From: Barthelona sp. PCE
Taxonomy: Eukaryota
NCBI GenBank assembly: GCA_040285745.1
Contig: JAUFOR010000002.1
Coordinates: 744,001-808,000, forward strand
Direction: 5' to 3'
Length of the DNA: 64,000 nucleotides
Shown: one piece after another, positions 60,604-64,000 of the stretch
How positions within the stretch are numbered: position 1 is the stretch's first letter
How the letters are laid out: each line of letters starts with the position of its first letter
Position numbers and translations under genes: made by a program
The notes under the pieces: generated by a model
Told to the model about the DNA's origin: nothing
What the model saw: only the letters and a program-made list of their open reading frames with translations
Database searches by the model: none

Positions 60604-61593
60604 CTAACGGGCAGAGCCCATCATTCCAGGGGCACCATTTGTCAAGAACTGCTGTCTTAAACGGTCGAAAGGAATCTTATCATCATTTAAATATTGATTG
60701 ATGGGGGTAACAGTTTCCGTAGCATAATTATATTTTCCCACCACCCAAATTCTGGCGCCGTCCTGCTGAGCATTGAGAACAGTATTCAATCCTTTCTTTG
60801 CGGAATAAATCTGAAGGCGGACATAATCGTTTAATAATCGAGCTTGACTGCTATAAACAACCAAAAGAACCTCGGTCTGGGGTGAATTAAGGAAACAACA
60901 ACGATCGTTGTGCATCATTGCACCAGGCATCGCTTTAGTACTGCCACCACACTTCTCCTCAGGGTAAGGATTAATTACGTGCACATAATGACTACTGTTA
61001 GTGTTATTGCGGAGTACAACAGCACGCGCCTGGCCTTCACGCATGATAGGGCAAAGTAAAACAGCTTTGGTAACGTTTTTCTCAACATTCCAAATGCTCT
61101 CGGTTGGGTAGTATCCAGGGAGGACAACCTGACACTTGTGCTGGCCCATCTGAACACTGCAGCGGAAATGGCCTGAGCTATTGGGTTGAACAAGCTGTCC
61201 ATCTATCGAAACACGCATTTTTTCACGAATTTGTCTTGAATTTAAAATCCTGTTGGTCACCTGATCATGTACATCAACTTGAAGTTGGTGAACGTTCTGA
61301 ACAAGTCCGCTGTAAGATCCTTGACCTGGCTGAGGCATCACAGGAAAGCCGGGTTGAGGTTGAAAGCCAGGTTGAAAGCCGGGTTGTTGAGGGAATCCTG
61401 GTTGTTGAGGGAATCCTGGTTGTTGAGGTTGAAAACCGGGCTGACCTTGAGGGAATTGGGGTTGAGGGGCAAATCCTGGCTGTTGGGGAAATCCTGGCTG
61501 TTGGGGAAATCCTGGCTGCTGAAACTGTCCCTGAGGGTTTGGATAGCCTGGCTGCTGAGGCTGAAACTGGGGCTGACCGGGTGTGAAGTGCAT
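60604..61593 (-). CDS. Protein with N-terminal (QQPGFP)n low-complexity region and a globular beta-rich C-terminus
   Basis: ATG at 61593 ([10 protein letters not shown]); about 90 aa of P/Q/G/F repeats. Confidence 0.7.
   Translation of the reverse strand: MHFTPGQPQFQPQQPGYPNPQGQFQQPGFPQQPGFPQQPGFAPQPQFPQGQPGFQPQQPGFPQQPGFPQQPGFQPGFQPQPGFPVMPQPGQGSYSGLVQNVHQLQVDVHDQVTNRILNSRQIREKMRVSIDGQLVQPNSSGHFRCSVQMGQHKCQVVLPGYYPTESIWNVEKNVTKAVLLCPIMREGQARAVVLRNNTNSSHYVHVINPYPEEKCGGSTKAMPGAMMHNDRCCFLNSPQTEVLLVVYSSQARLLNDYVRLQIYSAKKGLNTVLNAQQDGARIWVVGKYNYATETVTPINQYLNDDKIPFDRLRQQFLTNGAPGMMGSAR
61345..61580 (-). repeat. Intragenic 18-nt-based tandem repeats encoding QQPGFP
   Basis: Repeated CAACAACCAGGATTCCCT / CAACAGCCAGGATTTCCC units on the minus strand. 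Confidence 0.85.
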
Positions 61594-61801
61594 TGGAAAA
61601 GTTATCAAGAAATAGGGGTGATAAAAATGAAACAAGTTCACAAGCACTTAATTTGTGGATTTGGAAACGTCAAGTGTGCATTTTTTTGATTTATTTCGTA
61701 TTTGTGATGATTGGTGTCACATTAGATGAATCGTGTGTTGATTACTTTGCCAAACCATGCTTAAGAGAATATTTCCCTTTTCCTGTACTTACGTCCTTGC
61801 A

Positions 61802-63694
61802 ATGCCGCGCCTTTCAGCCCCCACAACAAGATGGTCCATAGCAAATGGAAAAATTAGTGTTCTGAATGGACCATCAGGTCCCCTTTTCTTTTCTGACATG
61901 AAAGCGTCTTCAAACTGGACAACAGCTCGCGCTTCAAGGGTCATAAATTGTCCAGTGTCTATCGAGATACCAGAGGGAGCAACTTCTTTAGTTCCATGTG
62001 ATGATTCGTTCTTAGTTATGGATGGAAATAGTAGTATTCACAGATTCCCGTTTAAAAACACTGGCGAGCCACCTCAATCCGTACCACCAGGGTTACAAAG
62101 CAAAGTGCAAGGTGTTTTTCTTGATTCTAGCTATTTTGTTGGGTTCACCAAAAGATACATATATCTTCAGTGCCTAAAGACCCAGGATGAGCACACTTTG
62201 TACTCGTTAGATCAACAACCTCTGTACTCATCGTCGTTCCAAGACATATGGATGATGTCTGCCTTTCGCATGATTTTTGTTACACACAAACATGGCACTA
62301 TTGTTATTACTTTCCCTGAAGGAGACCCCGTTATTAACGGAGAGGTAAGTGTCTCGATTGAAGAGAACGACTTCTTGTGCATGCCATGCGTAAATGTTAA
62401 AAACGCTTATGTTGAGTCAGTACCACGAACATCAGATTTTTCGAAGAATGGCATTGTTATTCTTCGGGGGGATGATCGATTGCGCTTTTCGTTACATGTT
62501 CCACCTAGGCAGACTGTTTTTGTTGATAATATGATGATAAGAAATGGTGAAGTGGAGAGTTGCTGTCTCCTCATTCAGTCACTAATTACTGGCCTTTTCA
62601 TCTGGCGCAAGCCATCTGATGGCCCTGTGGAAAGTAAGCGTATTGATTTCCCTCCTGGACCACTTTTCAGTGTCGCACAAAGCGTGCTGGAAATTGGAAC
62701 TCAGTTCACCAGTCGTTTTGTCTCTGTAGTGACTCCATATATGAGAATACACGATGTTATACCAGTGGACGGACGAGCTTTTCAATTTGAGCATCCAAAT
62801 GGAATGGTCTGTGTTATGAACAACTACTTAAAAGGAGTGAGAGGCTTGCTTCCTCAGCAGCTTCTCTTTGACTTTGAGAATAACGTTCTGCTGATTGCAC
62901 AGGATAAGATACAATACTTCCACACGCTCTCATACAACAACCATGTGCTTCAATGTGAAGATTACGTGGTTGACGTGAGTGTAGGTCTGGGTGTGACAAA
63001 ACGATGCTTTCCTGGTCATAAAAACTCATGTATCTGCGACGATATCCTCTTCACAACGAAGGAAGATACCGTATGGTCACATGGAAACGTTATTGGAAAC
63101 CTTTTCGATGAAGATGGCCCTGTGACGATTCGTAGCATGGCTGTTAACCGTAAGTACGTTGTTTGCTGCGCATTCGGCATGATATACGTCCTAGTACGTG
63201 ATCCTGAAAATCCTTTCAAAATCACAGGCATGTTTTTCGAAGAGTACGTCACTGGAGATTCTCCTGTTATAGGACCAAATCCTTTTGATGAAGATGTGTT
63301 TGTTCTTTACAACTACGCTTTCCGTATTGACCCTGTCGCCCAACGCATCCAACGTTTCAGATCGCGCTGTGATGGAGTGTTTGTTGCAGAAAATATGACT
63401 GTGTGTTTTGGGTTTGTACCTGCCATTTCATATTTACGTGATGACGATACTGGGTTGTATATAGAGCGCATTCCTATCAAATGTGATGGAGTGGGCAACG
63501 CTATTCCCTTCCGCAGAAAAGAAACACCCAAAAACAGCTTCCATTTACTCATGGCCGAAGGATACAACTTAATGCTGCATACTTTCACTGTTAATGAGGA
63601 TGAGAAATGCATGGATAGAGGGGAAGACGAGTATCTCTGTGATATCAGACAGTATTTGTCCGAACTACGTGAAATACGTTCTGTCTGTCAGTAA
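61802..63694 (+). CDS. Hypothetical beta-rich protein ('MPR' orphan family)
   Basis: About 630 aa from ATG 61802 (MPRLSA); an upstream in-frame ATG also exists at 61757. Confidence 0.65.
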   Translation: MPRLSAPTTRWSIANGKISVLNGPSGPLFFSDMKASSNWTTARASRVINCPVSIEIPEGATSLVPCDDSFLVMDGNSSIHRFPFKNTGEPPQSVPPGLQSKVQGVFLDSSYFVGFTKRYIYLQCLKTQDEHTLYSLDQQPLYSSSFQDIWMMSAFRMIFVTHKHGTIVITFPEGDPVINGEVSVSIEENDFLCMPCVNVKNAYVESVPRTSDFSKNGIVILRGDDRLRFSLHVPPRQTVFVDNMMIRNGEVESCCLLIQSLITGLFIWRKPSDGPVESKRIDFPPGPLFSVAQSVLEIGTQFTSRFVSVVTPYMRIHDVIPVDGRAFQFEHPNGMVCVMNNYLKGVRGLLPQQLLFDFENNVLLIAQDKIQYFHTLSYNNHVLQCEDYVVDVSVGLGVTKRCFPGHKNSCICDDILFTTKEDTVWSHGNVIGNLFDEDGPVTIRSMAVNRKYVVCCAFGMIYVLVRDPENPFKITGMFFEEYVTGDSPVIGPNPFDEDVFVLYNYAFRIDPVAQRIQRFRSRCDGVFVAENMTVCFGFVPAISYLRDDDTGLYIERIPIKCDGVGNAIPFRRKETPKNSFHLLMAEGYNLMLHTFTVNEDEKCMDRGEDEYLCDIRQYLSELREIRSVCQ

Positions 63695-63710
63695 AAATGC
63701 CTTTAACAAT

Positions 63711-64000
63711 TTATTGTTCGTATTTTGTTGAGATCTCTTCTATATGAGTGGTAGACACGTCTGGGTGCAGTGTGGCGACCTTTAAGGGGCCCAAAGTATC
63801 TTTAAACGCGAGATTAAGATTCTTTAAAAACGCAATGAACTCTGTTGGATAATTTTCCTGCTTTTTCCTATTATGGATCTTCATCAAGTCAAAACGTATT
63901 CTTGAGATCGAATTTTCGTTTGCCCAGTCCATAATATGTTCCCAATTCTCGCTACTGTGCAAAGTTGAACGAGATTCAAGCGGCTGTATGGATTGGGGAA
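63711..64000 (-). CDS. 3' end of a gene continuing beyond the window
   Basis: The frame is open to the window edge; the TAA stop is embedded in AATAAA. Confidence 0.55.
   Translation of the reverse strand, partial: PQSIQPLESRSTLHSSENWEHIMDWANENSISRIRFDLMKIHNRKKQENYPTEFIAFLKNLNLAFKDTLGPLKVATLHPDVSTTHIEEISTKYEQ

Noticed and set aside
1..64000. Alternative genetic code (TAA/TAG read as Gln, as in hexamitids)
   Set aside because: Conserved proteins are full length under the standard code and end at TAA (cofilin, RPN11), TAG (RPL3) and TGA (Prp43).

Overview
This is gene-dense, AT-rich, intron-poor nuclear DNA from a flagellated microbial eukaryote using the standard genetic code. It is metamonad-like, inferred from the intron architecture; the species is not identified. 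About 34 protein genes are packed with very short intergenic gaps, and some convergent genes overlap at their stop codons. Recognisable genes: CDC45, Prp43/DHX15, BRWD/PHIP-like, eIF2B-alpha, a PDZ-less double Nas2-N protein, RPL7, MORN5, RPLP2, THOC5-like, OFD1, AP-4 mu, prefoldin, CCDC33-like, ANKRD13-like, cofilin, RPN11, importin-7/8-like, CCDC57-like, Brr2, two RPL3 copies, a spastin/fidgetin-type AAA ATPase and WDPCP. Several features are absent from the ORF track. (1) Six short 5'-proximal spliceosomal introns have GTATG(T/A) donors and a branch point fused to the acceptor at fixed spacing (YTHAY-NNNYAG). One splits the RPL7 start codon (AT|G), and a seventh orphan intron has no obvious host CDS. 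(2) A TTTCAC element precedes many start codons. (3) The two RPL3 genes form a 1,202-bp inverted repeat with no differences found, and encode an unusually divergent peptidyl-transferase-proximal loop. (4) There is a U43/snR70-type box C/D snoRNA and a second C/D candidate. (5) Two intergenic multi-hairpin RNA candidates are unexplained, one containing a canonical K-turn. (6) A putative orphan 'MPR' gene family has one member starting with ATA instead of ATG. Gene assignments come from motif recognition by eye; no database searches were run.
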